Shown piece by piece: positions 9,384 to 19,258 of a stretch of 64,000 bases of DNA; the first letter of the stretch is position 1, and each line of letters starts with the position of its first letter. Under the pieces are notes generated by a model. That model saw nothing but the letters and a program-made list of their open reading frames with translations. It made no database searches and was not told the DNA's origin. The position numbers and the translations under genes are program-made. This DNA comes from an uncultured Chloroflexia bacterium (GTDB lineage Bacteria > Chloroflexota > Limnocylindria > QHBO01), in the NCBI GenBank assembly GCA_963814375.1, contig CAWFCQ010000007.1:256001-320000 (forward strand), in the 5' to 3' direction.

Positions 9384-12300
9384 TTGCGATCGAGCCGATT
9401 GACGGGTCGACTGGCGATCGTCGCCCTCGCGATCCTCATGGTCTGCAGCACCCTCGCGCTGCCCCGCGAGACGGTGGCCGCCGATCCTGCCGCGCAGGCC
9501 GCAGCCGAGCTGGCCGCGGAGCACGGCGGCGCCGCGTCCGATTACACCCTCGTCTACGAGCGCGACGCTGCGGTTCGCGGCAGCGACGAAACGCTGTGGG
9601 TCGGCAAGCTGGCTGACGCGAATGGCAACCTGTTCACCGTCTACCGCGATGCGGGCGGGCGCATGGGCGACACCGCGCTCTTCGACGATCGCGTGCGCCA
9701 TCAGAGCGAATCGCTTCCACCCCTGACCGCCAAGGCCGATGACGCCCTTCGCTCGCGTATCGCCGGCTCTGAGGCGGACGAATCGGTTCCGGTCGCGGTA
9801 TGGATGACCGCGGACGCGAGCGCCGCCGTGGCCGCCGTGGCGGCCGCCCATCCCGAGGTTCAGTGGATCGAGGGCAGCCCGGTCGTGCCCGATCTCGAGA
9901 CGGCCCGGGCGCTGCGCGGCGAGCTGTACGAGGCGCGCGCTTCGGTCTATCGGGCCGCCGCGGATGCGCTGCGGCCCGAGATCGAACGGCTCGGAGGAAC
10001 CGTGGCGTACGCGAGCCCGTCGGCACCGATCGCCTTTGTAGACCTCCCCGCCGGCGCGACCGATGAGCTGGCCGCGCTCCCGGGCATCGAGACGCTCGGC
10101 CTCGAGCGCACGTGGACGCCGGTGATGTCGACGGCTGGACCGACGGTGGACGCGAACTGGACCTCCGGCAGCGGGGACCAGGGAAGCGGCGTGCGCGTCG
10201 CCGTTGTCGAGTATCACAACGTCCGCGAGACCGGGAACCTGGCCGGGAAGGTCGTCGCGGCGCACAGCGCCACCGGCACGCTCGCGTATACCGGCGGCGG
10301 GACCTTCGATCATCCGACCTGGGTTGCGGGCGCCATCGCGGGCAGCGGCTCGTATCCCGGCGTCGCGCCAGGCTCGCGGATCGTCAGCGCCGGGACTGGT
10401 GGAGGGGCGGCCGGGCTGACCCGCGACCGCCGGGTCATCGCCACGACCGACTGGGCAATCTCGCCCAGCGGCGGCGACGCCGACATCGTGAGCCTGAGCC
10501 TCATCCAGGACACGACCACGGGGGCGGAGGAGGCGCGTCGCTACTTCGACTCGGTCGTCGACGAGGACCTGCGCCTCGTGGTGGCCGCTTCGGGCAACCT
10601 CTCCGCCGCCGGGACATGGAGCGTCGGCTCCCCCGGGACCGGCTGGAACGTTCTGACCGTCGGCGGGAACGACGACCGCAACACCGCGAGCCGCCACGAC
10701 GACCGAATCTGGTACGTGCCCGGCAGCAACGGAAGCTCGTACGTCGACCCGCCCGGAACGAGCTGGAATGCGCATGGCGACTTCAACAAGCCGAACCTGT
10801 CCGCGCCGGCGGTCGGCGTGCGCACCTCGAACGGGCTCGCCGCCACCGGCACCAGCGTGGCGACGCCGATCGTGAGCGGCATCGCGGCGCAGCTGCTGGC
10901 GCGCGTGCCCGGGCTCGCCGCCTGGCCGGAAGCGACGCGCGCCATCCTCATGGCCGGGGCCATCTACCACTTCCGCATGCCGAACGGCGGCTACAGCGCC
11001 GACCACGAGGGAACCGGCTCAGCATCGGCGCTCTGGTCGAACCGCCTCCTCGTTGCCGGTGACGGGACGTACGGCGGATATCGGCTCGGCTCGATGGGCG
11101 GGACGTTCAGCCAGGCCATCCAGGTCCGGAGCGGCCAACGGGTGCGCGTGGCGGTGAGCTGGAACAGCCGGACCAGCGGTTCGAGCAACCTCGCCAAGAC
11201 GGACACCCTGGCGTCCGACCTCGACCTTCGTCTACGCCTCCCGAACGGATCGGTCGTCGGATCGTTCACCTTCGACAACACGTACGAGGTGGTCGACATC
11301 GTCTCGCCGACTTCCGGGACGGCGACGATCGAGGTGGTCGGCACTCGCGTCGCCAGCGGCGGCGAGCGCTATGGGCTGGCGTGGGCCAAGATCGGCGGCG
11401 ACATCGCCCCGCCCCGCGTCGTCTATCGGGCGCCCGAGTCCGGGGAGCCGTTCGCAGCCTCCACGGTCCACCCGACCATCACATTCTCCGAACAGGTCAC
11501 CGGGATCACACCCGCCAACGTGAGCCTGACGTCACTCAGCGGGGGCCCGCAGATTCCGGCAGTGCTTGCCTACTCGTCTGCATCTCGCCGGGTGACCGTC
11601 ACGCCAAACAACCCCTTGCCGCCCGGCCAGTACCGCCTCGCGCTCTCGAGCGGCATTCGTGACCTCGCGACCAACGCGCTGGGCGCGCAGAGCTGGACCT
11701 TCCGAGTGATTACCAGCGCGGGCCCCTGGTCGACCGTCCTCTCGCCGGCTCGTCGGGTCAGCTTCGCCGCCGGAACGCACACCGGCTATCGATTCGGTGC
11801 CGATGGCGACGTCGTGGGGAGCCGCACCCTCACGCTTGGGGCGGCCTCGGGAGCCAACGCCGACAGGCGCGCGCTGATCGCCGAGCAGCCGGGCCGTTGG
11901 CTGCGCATCACGAACGGCGCCTGGGCCGGCTACTGGATTCGCGAGTCGACGCGGGCGCGCATCGGGGGGTCGGTCGCGAGCCAGGCGCTGGCCGCCACTA
12001 CCCGGGTGACCTTCACCTCAGGAACGCACACGGGCTATCGCTTCAACTCCGCCGGCGGGATCGTGCGCAGGCTGACCGTGACGCTGGCGAGCACGTCCGG
12101 CGCGAACACCTCGGCGCGCGCCGTGATCAACGGCGTTTACTACCACTACATGACGAACGGGCTGTGGGCGGGCTACTGGATGCCGGAAACGGCGAGCTCC
12201 TACGTCGCCGGCGTGCGCGACCACCGCGACCTCGATGGCGCAATCGTCCGCTTCTCTGCCGGATCCCACAGCGGCCGAAGGTTCGCCACGAGCGGAGCGA

Positions 12301-12452
12301 TCCTCGCAACTCGGACGGGCTCCCTATCCAGCGCGTCCTCAGCACCGGCGATCGCGTGGGCGGTGGTGAACGGCGCGCCACGTTTCCTCATCGGATCCGG
12401 GTACTGGTCCGGCACCTGGGTAACGGAATCCTCTGCAGTCCGATCTCCCTGA
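9384..12452 (+). CDS. Secreted S8 family serine peptidase with Ig-like (Big_5-like) domain and three C-terminal repeats
   Basis: Signal peptide; HPTWVAG, AASGN, KPNLSAP, TGTSVATP; PPC-like DLDL segment; TFSEQV Ig-like domain. Confidence 0.85.
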   Translation: MRSSRLTGRLAIVALAILMVCSTLALPRETVAADPAAQAAAELAAEHGGAASDYTLVYERDAAVRGSDETLWVGKLADANGNLFTVYRDAGGRMGDTALFDDRVRHQSESLPPLTAKADDALRSRIAGSEADESVPVAVWMTADASAAVAAVAAAHPEVQWIEGSPVVPDLETARALRGELYEARASVYRAAADALRPEIERLGGTVAYASPSAPIAFVDLPAGATDELAALPGIETLGLERTWTPVMSTAGPTVDANWTSGSGDQGSGVRVAVVEYHNVRETGNLAGKVVAAHSATGTLAYTGGGTFDHPTWVAGAIAGSGSYPGVAPGSRIVSAGTGGGAAGLTRDRRVIATTDWAISPSGGDADIVSLSLIQDTTTGAEEARRYFDSVVDEDLRLVVAASGNLSAAGTWSVGSPGTGWNVLTVGGNDDRNTASRHDDRIWYVPGSNGSSYVDPPGTSWNAHGDFNKPNLSAPAVGVRTSNGLAATGTSVATPIVSGIAAQLLARVPGLAAWPEATRAILMAGAIYHFRMPNGGYSADHEGTGSASALWSNRLLVAGDGTYGGYRLGSMGGTFSQAIQVRSGQRVRVAVSWNSRTSGSSNLAKTDTLASDLDLRLRLPNGSVVGSFTFDNTYEVVDIVSPTSGTATIEVVGTRVASGGERYGLAWAKIGGDIAPPRVVYRAPESGEPFAASTVHPTITFSEQVTGITPANVSLTSLSGGPQIPAVLAYSSASRRVTVTPNNPLPPGQYRLALSSGIRDLATNALGAQSWTFRVITSAGPWSTVLSPARRVSFAAGTHTGYRFGADGDVVGSRTLTLGAASGANADRRALIAEQPGRWLRITNGAWAGYWIRESTRARIGGSVASQALAATTRVTFTSGTHTGYRFNSAGGIVRRLTVTLASTSGANTSARAVINGVYYHYMTNGLWAGYWMPETASSYVAGVRDHRDLDGAIVRFSAGSHSGRRFATSGAILATRTGSLSSASSAPAIAWAVVNGAPRFLIGSGYWSGTWVTESSAVRSP

Positions 12453-12456
12453 GCCG

Positions 12457-13122
12457 ATGAGGGCGAGTCGATCCGCTGTCATCGGCGTGGCGCTTCTGCT
12501 CGCGGCCTGCTCGCTGCCGTCTCCGGACGAATCAGCCACGAGCGGAGAAACCGGCGACCCATCGGCGACCGGGAGCGGAGCCACTTCCCTGCCAGAGGCA
12601 GGTCAGCCGTACTCGGGCGCCGAGATCCTCGACGCCATGCGGGACTCGCGGCGACCGGGCGGCGTGCCGGATGAGCTCGAGACCGACGCCGTCGCATCGG
12701 CCATCGCCGATGCCATCTGGACGTTCGACGGGCAGCCATGGTCGGCGATGGCCATCGGCGCATCCTGCGGCGCGCCGAGCTGCTCGGTGGAGGTGGTGGG
12801 GACTCGGGACGACGCCAGCGGCGAGGATGTCTGGACCTTCGAGGCCGTCCCCGACGAGGAGGACGTCGAGCTCATCGCCAGCGACCTCACCGCGACGCCC
12901 GACGACGTCGTCACGGAGCTCGATCGCGTTGCGCGGCAGCTGGTGCCGATCGGCACGCTCGATGACCTGGCGCTTGCATCGACCCGATGGCTCGCGCCGC
13001 CGGACAACGGCGCCTTCGTGCTCGCCTACCGATCCGGGAACGAGGAACTCTCGTGCGCGGTGGACATCGCGCTGGATCCCATCGCGCCTCGCATCGTCTC
13101 GAGCGAAGCGACCGACTGCTGA
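12457..13122 (+). CDS. Hypothetical lipoprotein
   Basis: LLAAC lipobox; 4 nt after the S8 gene. Confidence 0.7.
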   Translation: MRASRSAVIGVALLLAACSLPSPDESATSGETGDPSATGSGATSLPEAGQPYSGAEILDAMRDSRRPGGVPDELETDAVASAIADAIWTFDGQPWSAMAIGASCGAPSCSVEVVGTRDDASGEDVWTFEAVPDEEDVELIASDLTATPDDVVTELDRVARQLVPIGTLDDLALASTRWLAPPDNGAFVLAYRSGNEELSCAVDIALDPIAPRIVSSEATDC

Positions 13123-13541
13123 GGCGGCCCGGGGCTGACCTCGAGCCGGAGCTCGCGGGATTCGCCGGCTTCGACCGACCAGGCTCGTAGGCGGGTCTCG
13201 CGGATTCCTCCGGCGAGCGTGGCGATCAGCTGGGGCACCGGGTAGCGAGCCTCGCGACGATCGGTCGCCGAAGGGACCGCATCGGTGACGGGGTGCGAGT
13301 GGAAGGTGGCGACCAGCTCGTCGCCGGCGGCCTCGATCTCGTGGAGGTGCCGGACGAGGTCCTCGGGGTGGAGATCGAAGCGATACGGACTCCGCACCGC
13401 GTTGCGTGCTGGATGGAAGGTCCGCCCGATCCCGCCGCGCCCCGAGACCAACCCGCAGGCCTCGTTCGGAAGCTCGCCGAGCGCGTGATCGAGCGCCGCG
13501 GTCACAACCGTATCGAGGAGACGGAAAGGGTCGTCGCTCAC
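13026..13541 (-). CDS. JAMM/MPN+ (M67, Mec-like) metallopeptidase
   Basis: PNEACGL and FHSHPVTDAVPSATD JAMM motif; GTG start overlaps the stop of the moeZ-like gene; 3' end overlaps the convergent gene. Confidence 0.8.
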   Translation of the reverse strand: MSDDPFRLLDTVVTAALDHALGELPNEACGLVSGRGGIGRTFHPARNAVRSPYRFDLHPEDLVRHLHEIEAAGDELVATFHSHPVTDAVPSATDRREARYPVPQLIATLAGGIRETRLRAWSVEAGESRELRLEVSPGPPQQSVASLETMRGAMGSSAMSTAHESSSFPDR

Positions 13542-14620
13542 TGCGTACCGACCAAGGATCCACATGCGGGGCACGCCGGGTCGCGCTCGGCGCTCACCTC
13601 GTCGAAGGTCATCGCCCGCGCGTCGACGAGCAGCTGCCGACCGACGAGCGTGCCCTCGATCCCGAGAAGCAGCTTGAGGACCTCGGTCGCCTGGAGCGTG
13701 CCGATCAGGCCCGGAAGCACGCCCATCACGCCGGCCACATCGCAGGCGGGCACGAGCTCGTCGGGCGGCTGCTGCGGGTGCAGGCAGCGATAGCACGGAC
13801 CGACGAACGGGACGATCGTCGTCAGCTGGCCTTCCCAGCGGTAGACGGACGCATGCACCAGCGGCGTGCGGCGCCGGACCGCCGCGTCGTTGAGCGCGTA
13901 CCGCGCATCGAGATTGTCCGTGCCGTCGACGACGACGTCCCAGCCGGCGATCAGCCGATCGGCGCTGGCGGCGTCGAGGCGCTCCGCCGACGAGAGGACC
14001 CGCGTCGCGGGGTTCAGCCCGGCGAGTGCCTGCGCGGCGGAGTCGACCTTGCGCATCCCGACGCGATCCGCGTGGTGCAGCACCTGGCGGTGAAGGTTCG
14101 ACTCCTCGACCAGGTCGTCGTCGATGATGCCGATCGTCCCGACGCCGGCAGCAGCAAGGTAGATCGCGACCGGCGACCCGAGGCCGCCCGCGCCGACCAC
14201 GAGCACCTTCGCGTCAAGGAGGCGCTGCTGACCCTCCACGCCGACCTCGGGCAGGAGGATCTGGCGCGCGTATCGCCGCTCGTCGGCGGGGTCGAGCACG
14301 GGCGCCGGCTCCTCCCATGCGCCGCCCTGCGCCCTCCAATCGGTGAGCATCGCGTCGAGGTTCGCGATGGCGGTAAAGCCCTGAGCGGCCAGGTACTCCG
14401 CGACGCGCGATGAGCGGGCGCCGAAGCGGCAGTAGAGCAGCAGCGGCGCGTCGTGCGCGGGGAGATCGGCCAGCCGCGTGGGAATCTCCGCCAGGGGAAT
14501 GTGAGCGGCGCCGGCAATGTGGCCGGCCTGCCACTCGACCGGCTCACGAACGTCGATCACGGTGACGCCCGCGTCGCGCATGCTTATCGCCTCCGCCACG
14601 CCGACCTGTCGGAAGGTCAC
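13538..14620 (-). CDS. moeB: Rhodanese-ThiF/MoeB fusion (MoeZ/MoeB-like adenylyltransferase-sulfurtransferase)
   Basis: N-terminal IDVREPVEWQAGHI..YCRFGARS rhodanese; RYARQI, GAGGLGS, SNLHRQ, CYRC, CPAC. Confidence 0.88.
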   Translation of the reverse strand: MTFRQVGVAEAISMRDAGVTVIDVREPVEWQAGHIAGAAHIPLAEIPTRLADLPAHDAPLLLYCRFGARSSRVAEYLAAQGFTAIANLDAMLTDWRAQGGAWEEPAPVLDPADERRYARQILLPEVGVEGQQRLLDAKVLVVGAGGLGSPVAIYLAAAGVGTIGIIDDDLVEESNLHRQVLHHADRVGMRKVDSAAQALAGLNPATRVLSSAERLDAASADRLIAGWDVVVDGTDNLDARYALNDAAVRRRTPLVHASVYRWEGQLTTIVPFVGPCYRCLHPQQPPDELVPACDVAGVMGVLPGLIGTLQATEVLKLLLGIEGTLVGRQLLVDARAMTFDEVSAERDPACPACGSLVGTQ

Positions 14621-15048
14621 GGCGCCGACCCTCCGGTGGTCGCTCCCAGCACCTCCGCCTCCTCCGGCCACTGTGCCGCCCCGCCGATGAGGGCGCCCTG
14701 GAGCACCTTGTAGACGAGGAGGGCGCACTTGAGGCGCGCCGGGCCGATCGGGACGCCGAGGCCCGCGACCACGGATCGTGGATCGAGCTCCCTCAGCTCT
14801 TCGAGGCTCCGACCCCGGAGCTCGTCGGTCATGATCGAGGCCGATGCCTGGCTGATGGCACACCCGCGCCCGTCGAATGCGACGTCAGCCACTCGCCGGC
14901 CCGTGTCGTCGAGCCGAAGCGTCAACGACATCTCGTCGCCGCAGGTCGGGTTCGCATCGGCGAATCGGAGGTCGGATGGCTCGAGGACGCCGCGGTTGTG
15001 CGGCTCGCGGTAGTGCTCGAGGATGAAGTCGCGGTAGAGGTTGTCCAT
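14617..15048 (-). CDS. sufU: SUF-system NifU-family scaffold/sulfur acceptor
   Basis: LYRDFILEHY..PHNRG, NPTCGD, GCAISQASAS, RLKCALL. Confidence 0.9.
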   Translation of the reverse strand: MDNLYRDFILEHYREPHNRGVLEPSDLRFADANPTCGDEMSLTLRLDDTGRRVADVAFDGRGCAISQASASIMTDELRGRSLEELRELDPRSVVAGLGVPIGPARLKCALLVYKVLQGALIGGAAQWPEEAEVLGATTGGSAP

Positions 15049-15054
15049 CGGCGC

Positions 15055-16311
15055 TCAGGCGGTGCCGAACAGCCGCTGGGCGGCGAGCACACCGGCTACG
15101 AGGCGGTCGACGTCTTCCGTGTCGTTGTAGACGCCGAAGCTTGCGCGCGTCGTGGCCGGCAGGTCGTAGCGCAGCATCACCGGCTGCGCGCAGTGATGAC
15201 CGGCGCGGACCGCGATTCCCTGGCTGTCGAGGACGGTGGCGACGTCGTGCGGGTGGATGCCCTCGACCGTGAAGCTGATCACGCCAGCGTGCTCGTGGGT
15301 CGAGGCGGGGCCCAGCAGGCCCACGCCGGGCAGGTTGCCGAGGGCCGTCCAGGCGTGCTCGAAGAGGCGTCGCTCGTGGTCCGTCACGGCGTCCATGCCG
15401 ATACCCTCGAGGAAGGCCACGGCAGCACCCAACCCGACCGCCTCGGCGATGGCCGGCGTGCCCGCCTCGAACTTCCACGGAACCTCGTTCCACTCTGCCC
15501 CGTCGAGCGTGACCCGCGTGATCATGCTGCCGCCCGTCAGGAACGGTGGCATCGCGTCCAGCAGCTCGCGGCGACCCCACAACGCGCCGATGCCGGACGG
15601 GCCGAGCATCTTGTGGCCGGAGAGGGCGGCGAAGTCGACGTCGAGCTCGGCGACATTCACCGGCAGATGGGGAACGCTCTGCGCCGCGTCGAGTACGACG
15701 AGTGCTCCTGCCGCGTGAGCGAGCCGTGTGATCTCGCGCACCGGGTTGATCGTGCCGAGCGCGTTGCTGACGTGCGTCAGCGCGACCAGCCGCGGCCCAC
15801 GCGCGATGCGCTTGCGCAGGTCGTCCATCTCGAGCCGGCCGTCATCGGTGAGCCGGACGTACTCGATCCGTGCGCCCGTCGCGCGCGCCAGCTCCTGCCA
15901 TGGGACGAGGTTGGCGTGGTGCTCCATCTCGGTGGTGAGAACCAGGTCGCCGGCACGAAGATTCGCGCGACCCCAGCTGTATGCGACGAGGTTGAGCGCC
16001 TCGGTGGCGTTGCGAACGAAGACGATCTCACGTGCCGATGGCGCGCCGATGAAACGCGCGAGCGCGGTGCGCGCGCCCTCGTACCGAGCGTCGGCGTCGA
16101 CGCTCAGCTCGTAGATGCCGCGATGGACGTTGGCGTAATGGTGAGCGTAGGTATCGGCCAGCGCGTCGATCACGACCCGTGGCTTCTGCGAGGAGGACGC
16201 CGAGTCGAGGTAGGCAAGCCGGTTCCCCGACGCCGTCGGGCGGTCGAAAACAGGGAACTGGTCCCGGAGGGCGGCGCCGTCGAGGAGCGCTGGAGCCTGG
16301 CCGACCGCCAT
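15055..16311 (-). CDS. sufS: Cysteine desulfurase, SufS family
   Basis: YLDSASSSQKP, SGHKMLGP, FEAGTP, RAGHHCAQP. Confidence 0.95.
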   Translation of the reverse strand: MAVGQAPALLDGAALRDQFPVFDRPTASGNRLAYLDSASSSQKPRVVIDALADTYAHHYANVHRGIYELSVDADARYEGARTALARFIGAPSAREIVFVRNATEALNLVAYSWGRANLRAGDLVLTTEMEHHANLVPWQELARATGARIEYVRLTDDGRLEMDDLRKRIARGPRLVALTHVSNALGTINPVREITRLAHAAGALVVLDAAQSVPHLPVNVAELDVDFAALSGHKMLGPSGIGALWGRRELLDAMPPFLTGGSMITRVTLDGAEWNEVPWKFEAGTPAIAEAVGLGAAVAFLEGIGMDAVTDHERRLFEHAWTALGNLPGVGLLGPASTHEHAGVISFTVEGIHPHDVATVLDSQGIAVRAGHHCAQPVMLRYDLPATTRASFGVYNDTEDVDRLVAGVLAAQRLFGTA

Positions 16312-16324
16312 CTGCCGAGGGCGC

Positions 16325-17185
16325 CTAGTGCTGGCCGACCGGTTCCGGAGCTGAGGCCTCGTCGCCGATTCCGGCCGGCAGGCCGACCTGCTCTCGAACC
16401 CAGTCGTAGCCGTTCGCCTCCAGGCGATGCGAGAGCTCCTCGCCGCCCGACATCACCACCCGGCCGTCGAGGAGGACATGGACGAACTGCGGCTTCACGT
16501 AGTTCAGCATGCGCTGGTAGTGCGTGATCATCAGCACACCCATCTCGGGCGATAGGGTGGCGTTGATCCCGTCGGCGACGTTCCTGAGCGCGTCGATGTC
16601 GAGGCCGGAGTCGGTCTCGTCGAGGATCGCCATCGAGGGGCTGAGCACAGCCATCTGGAGCATCTCGAGGCGCTTCTTCTCGCCGCCGGAGAACCCGTCG
16701 TTGACATAGCGGGCGGCGAACCCGGGATCCATGTGGAGGAGCGCCATCTTCTCCTCCATCAGCTTGCGGAACTTCGCCAGCGGGATGCCGGTGTACTTGA
16801 TCGAGGTCTCGCCGGTCTCGTCGGCGGCCTTCGGATGATGGACGGCGTTGTAGATGTTGCGCAGGAAGCTGGCGACCGTCACGCCCGGAATCGCGCTCGG
16901 GTACTGGAACGCCAGGAACAGGCCCAGCCGGGCGCGCTTGTCGGGCGACATGCCCAGCGCGGTGGGACCGGCGAGCAGGTCGTGACCGGCCCAGGTGATG
17001 CTGCCGGCATCCACGATGTAGTCGGGATGACCCATGAGCGCGTAGGCGAGGCTGGTCTTGCCGGAGCCGTTCGGGCCCATCAGCGCATGGACCTCACCCT
17101 GACGCACCGTCAGGTCCAGGCCCTTGAGGATCTTCTTGGCTCCGATGCTCACCTCGAGCCCGGAGATGATGAGTTCGTCGGTCAT
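16325..17185 (-). CDS. sufC: Fe-S cluster assembly ATPase
   Basis: GPNGSGKT, LAFQYP, GFSGGEKKR, LDETDSGLDIDAL. Confidence 0.95.
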   Translation of the reverse strand: MTDELIISGLEVSIGAKKILKGLDLTVRQGEVHALMGPNGSGKTSLAYALMGHPDYIVDAGSITWAGHDLLAGPTALGMSPDKRARLGLFLAFQYPSAIPGVTVASFLRNIYNAVHHPKAADETGETSIKYTGIPLAKFRKLMEEKMALLHMDPGFAARYVNDGFSGGEKKRLEMLQMAVLSPSMAILDETDSGLDIDALRNVADGINATLSPEMGVLMITHYQRMLNYVKPQFVHVLLDGRVVMSGGEELSHRLEANGYDWVREQVGLPAGIGDEASAPEPVGQH

Positions 17186-17676
17186 GCGTTCCTTGCTTCC
17201 TGAGCTGGCTGCGTCGCGCCCTGCGCGGCACGTCGGCGGCGCACGGCGGGCGGATAGGGTGGGCCTCCGGCGGTCTCCACCACCTCGGCCAGGTTGGTGG
17301 TCCCGAGCGAGAGGGAGAGCGACTCGTAGACGCGCTGGAAGACCTCGTGCACGCTGCATGGCTCGGGCCGGTCGCAATGCTCGAGGTCGCCGACACCGGC
17401 GCACGGCATCTCGAGCAGCGGTCCCTCGAGGGCACGGACCGCATCGGTCATCGCGATCTCGGCCGCCGGGCGGCCGAGGCGGTAGCCGCCGGCCTGGCCA
17501 CGGGTGGAGGCGACGAGCCCGGCCCGGCGCAGGTCCGCGACGAGATGCTCCAGGTAGGCATGCGGCAGCTTCTCGCGGCGCGCGATCTCGGCGAGCGACA
17601 GCGGACCGTCGACATCGGTCCTGGCCAGCGTGATGAGAACGCGGATGCCGTACTCGGTGCGCGTGCTGATCTTCAT
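17182..17676 (-). CDS. Rrf2 family regulator (IscR-like, three Cys)
   Basis: [33 protein letters not shown]-x8-C-x5-C. Confidence 0.9.
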   Translation of the reverse strand: MKISTRTEYGIRVLITLARTDVDGPLSLAEIARREKLPHAYLEHLVADLRRAGLVASTRGQAGGYRLGRPAAEIAMTDAVRALEGPLLEMPCAGVGDLEHCDRPEPCSVHEVFQRVYESLSLSLGTTNLAEVVETAGGPPYPPAVRRRRAAQGATQPAQEARNA

Positions 17677-18017
17677 GAACCCGGCTCCAGCGAAACCCGG
17701 ACCTCATCGCCCTCGACGACGGTCTCGTATGCGGTCACCGGCCGCACGGGCGGGAGGGCCAGAACACGCCCGCTGAACAGGTCGAAGCGGCCGCCGTGCC
17801 TGGGGCACTCGACCGCCGTGTCGTCGAGCTCCCCCTCGCCGAGCGTACCGCCATCGTGGGTGCAGACATTGTCGATGGCGCCCCACTCGCCGTCCTCGGT
17901 GAGGCCGATGCACAGCGAGCGTCCGTCGAGCTCCACCACGCGGACCGTGCCCGGCTCGACGTCCCCCACCCGGGCAACGGTGACGAATCCTGTCGCCGTC
18001 TGCTCGAGCGCCGTCAT
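17673..18017 (-). CDS. Rieske-type ferredoxin
   Basis: CTH...[11 protein letters not shown] Rieske motif; ATG at 18017 overlaps the sufD stop. Confidence 0.88.
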   Translation of the reverse strand: MTALEQTATGFVTVARVGDVEPGTVRVVELDGRSLCIGLTEDGEWGAIDNVCTHDGGTLGEGELDDTAVECPRHGGRFDLFSGRVLALPPVRPVTAYETVVEGDEVRVSLEPGS

Positions 18018-19258
18018 GCCGCGAGGTCCCCCGTCGCACCGATGCGTTCCGCGAGCGCGCCGAGCACCTCTGCCCGGATCGTCTCGTCCTCGACCTTGGA
18101 CACGACCTGCTCGAAGAAGCCGCGCACGATCATCCGCTCCGCGGCGTCCGGGTCGAGCCCGCGCGACTGGGCGTAGAAGAGCTGGGTCGGGTCGATGGCG
18201 CCCGCAGTCGCACCATGCCCGCAGCGCAGGATGTCGTTCGCCTCGATCTCGAGCACCGGGATCGGCTCGGCTCCGGCATCCGGGCTGAGGAGCAGGTTGC
18301 GGCACTCCTGGTAGCTGCTCGTCTGTCGGGTGCCCTTGCGAACGTTCGTCACGCCGTAGAAGGAGGCGTGAGCGCGGTCGTAGAGGGCGGAGAGGTAGAG
18401 CAGGTCGCTGGTCGTGTGGTCGGCGGCCAGGTCCTGGATGGTGTTGATGTCGATCTTCTGGTCGTCGCCGGCGGCGAGGATGCCGAGCACCTTCGATGTG
18501 CCGCCTGGACCGGCCATCTGGACGTCGAGCCCAACCTTCGTGACGCCCGAGCCGACCTCGGCGTTCAGCGTCGTGACGCTGGCATCCTGGCCGACCACGA
18601 CGCGCTGGGCGCCGACGTTCCAGACGCCGTCGCCGAGCCGCTGGAGGTTCGCATAGCGCACCTCCGCGCCGCGCTCGGTCCGAATATCGACGATCCCGCC
18701 GAACCAGCCGGCCACGCCATCCGGCGAGGACACCTCTTCGAGGAGCGTGATCGCGCTCCCCTCGTCCGCAACGATGAGCGAGAGTGGTAGGTACGTCGCA
18801 CCGGCGTCGCGCAGCGTCGTGCGCGCCACGAGCGTGCCGTCGACCGAGACGCCCCTTGGGACGTAGCAGAAGAGCCCGCCCGTCCACGCGGCCTGCGCGA
18901 GCGCCCAGAAGTGGGCATGGGAGGCTTGGCCGTCACTGGGATCCAGGAGGCGGCGCACGAGGTCGGGGTGCTCCCGGATGGCCGTGCGCAGGTCGCTGAG
19001 GATCACGCCATCGGGTAGTCCTCCCGGAACGATGACCTCGAGCTGGGGAGCGTCCGTGAGGAGCTCACCGTCGCGCGGCAGCCCGGCGAGATCGGTCCGG
19101 CGCCATTCCTCCTCCTGCCCGGTGGGCGGCGGCGTCGCCTCGGCGCGCGCCCACCACTCGGCGCGGAGGTTCCTCAGCCAGTCGGGATCGTCAAGGTGAT
19201 CGCTGATCCGCCCGATCGCGTCGGCGTCGAGCCCGGCGGCGGTGGTGGCCGTCGTCAA
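18014..19258 (-). CDS. sufD: Fe-S cluster assembly protein SufD
   Basis: [36 protein letters not shown]; TTG start overlaps the restored sufB stop (TTGA). Confidence 0.85.
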   Translation of the reverse strand: MTTATTAAGLDADAIGRISDHLDDPDWLRNLRAEWWARAEATPPPTGQEEEWRRTDLAGLPRDGELLTDAPQLEVIVPGGLPDGVILSDLRTAIREHPDLVRRLLDPSDGQASHAHFWALAQAAWTGGLFCYVPRGVSVDGTLVARTTLRDAGATYLPLSLIVADEGSAITLLEEVSSPDGVAGWFGGIVDIRTERGAEVRYANLQRLGDGVWNVGAQRVVVGQDASVTTLNAEVGSGVTKVGLDVQMAGPGGTSKVLGILAAGDDQKIDINTIQDLAADHTTSDLLYLSALYDRAHASFYGVTNVRKGTRQTSSYQECRNLLLSPDAGAEPIPVLEIEANDILRCGHGATAGAIDPTQLFYAQSRGLDPDAAERMIVRGFFEQVVSKVEDETIRAEVLGALAERIGATGDLAA

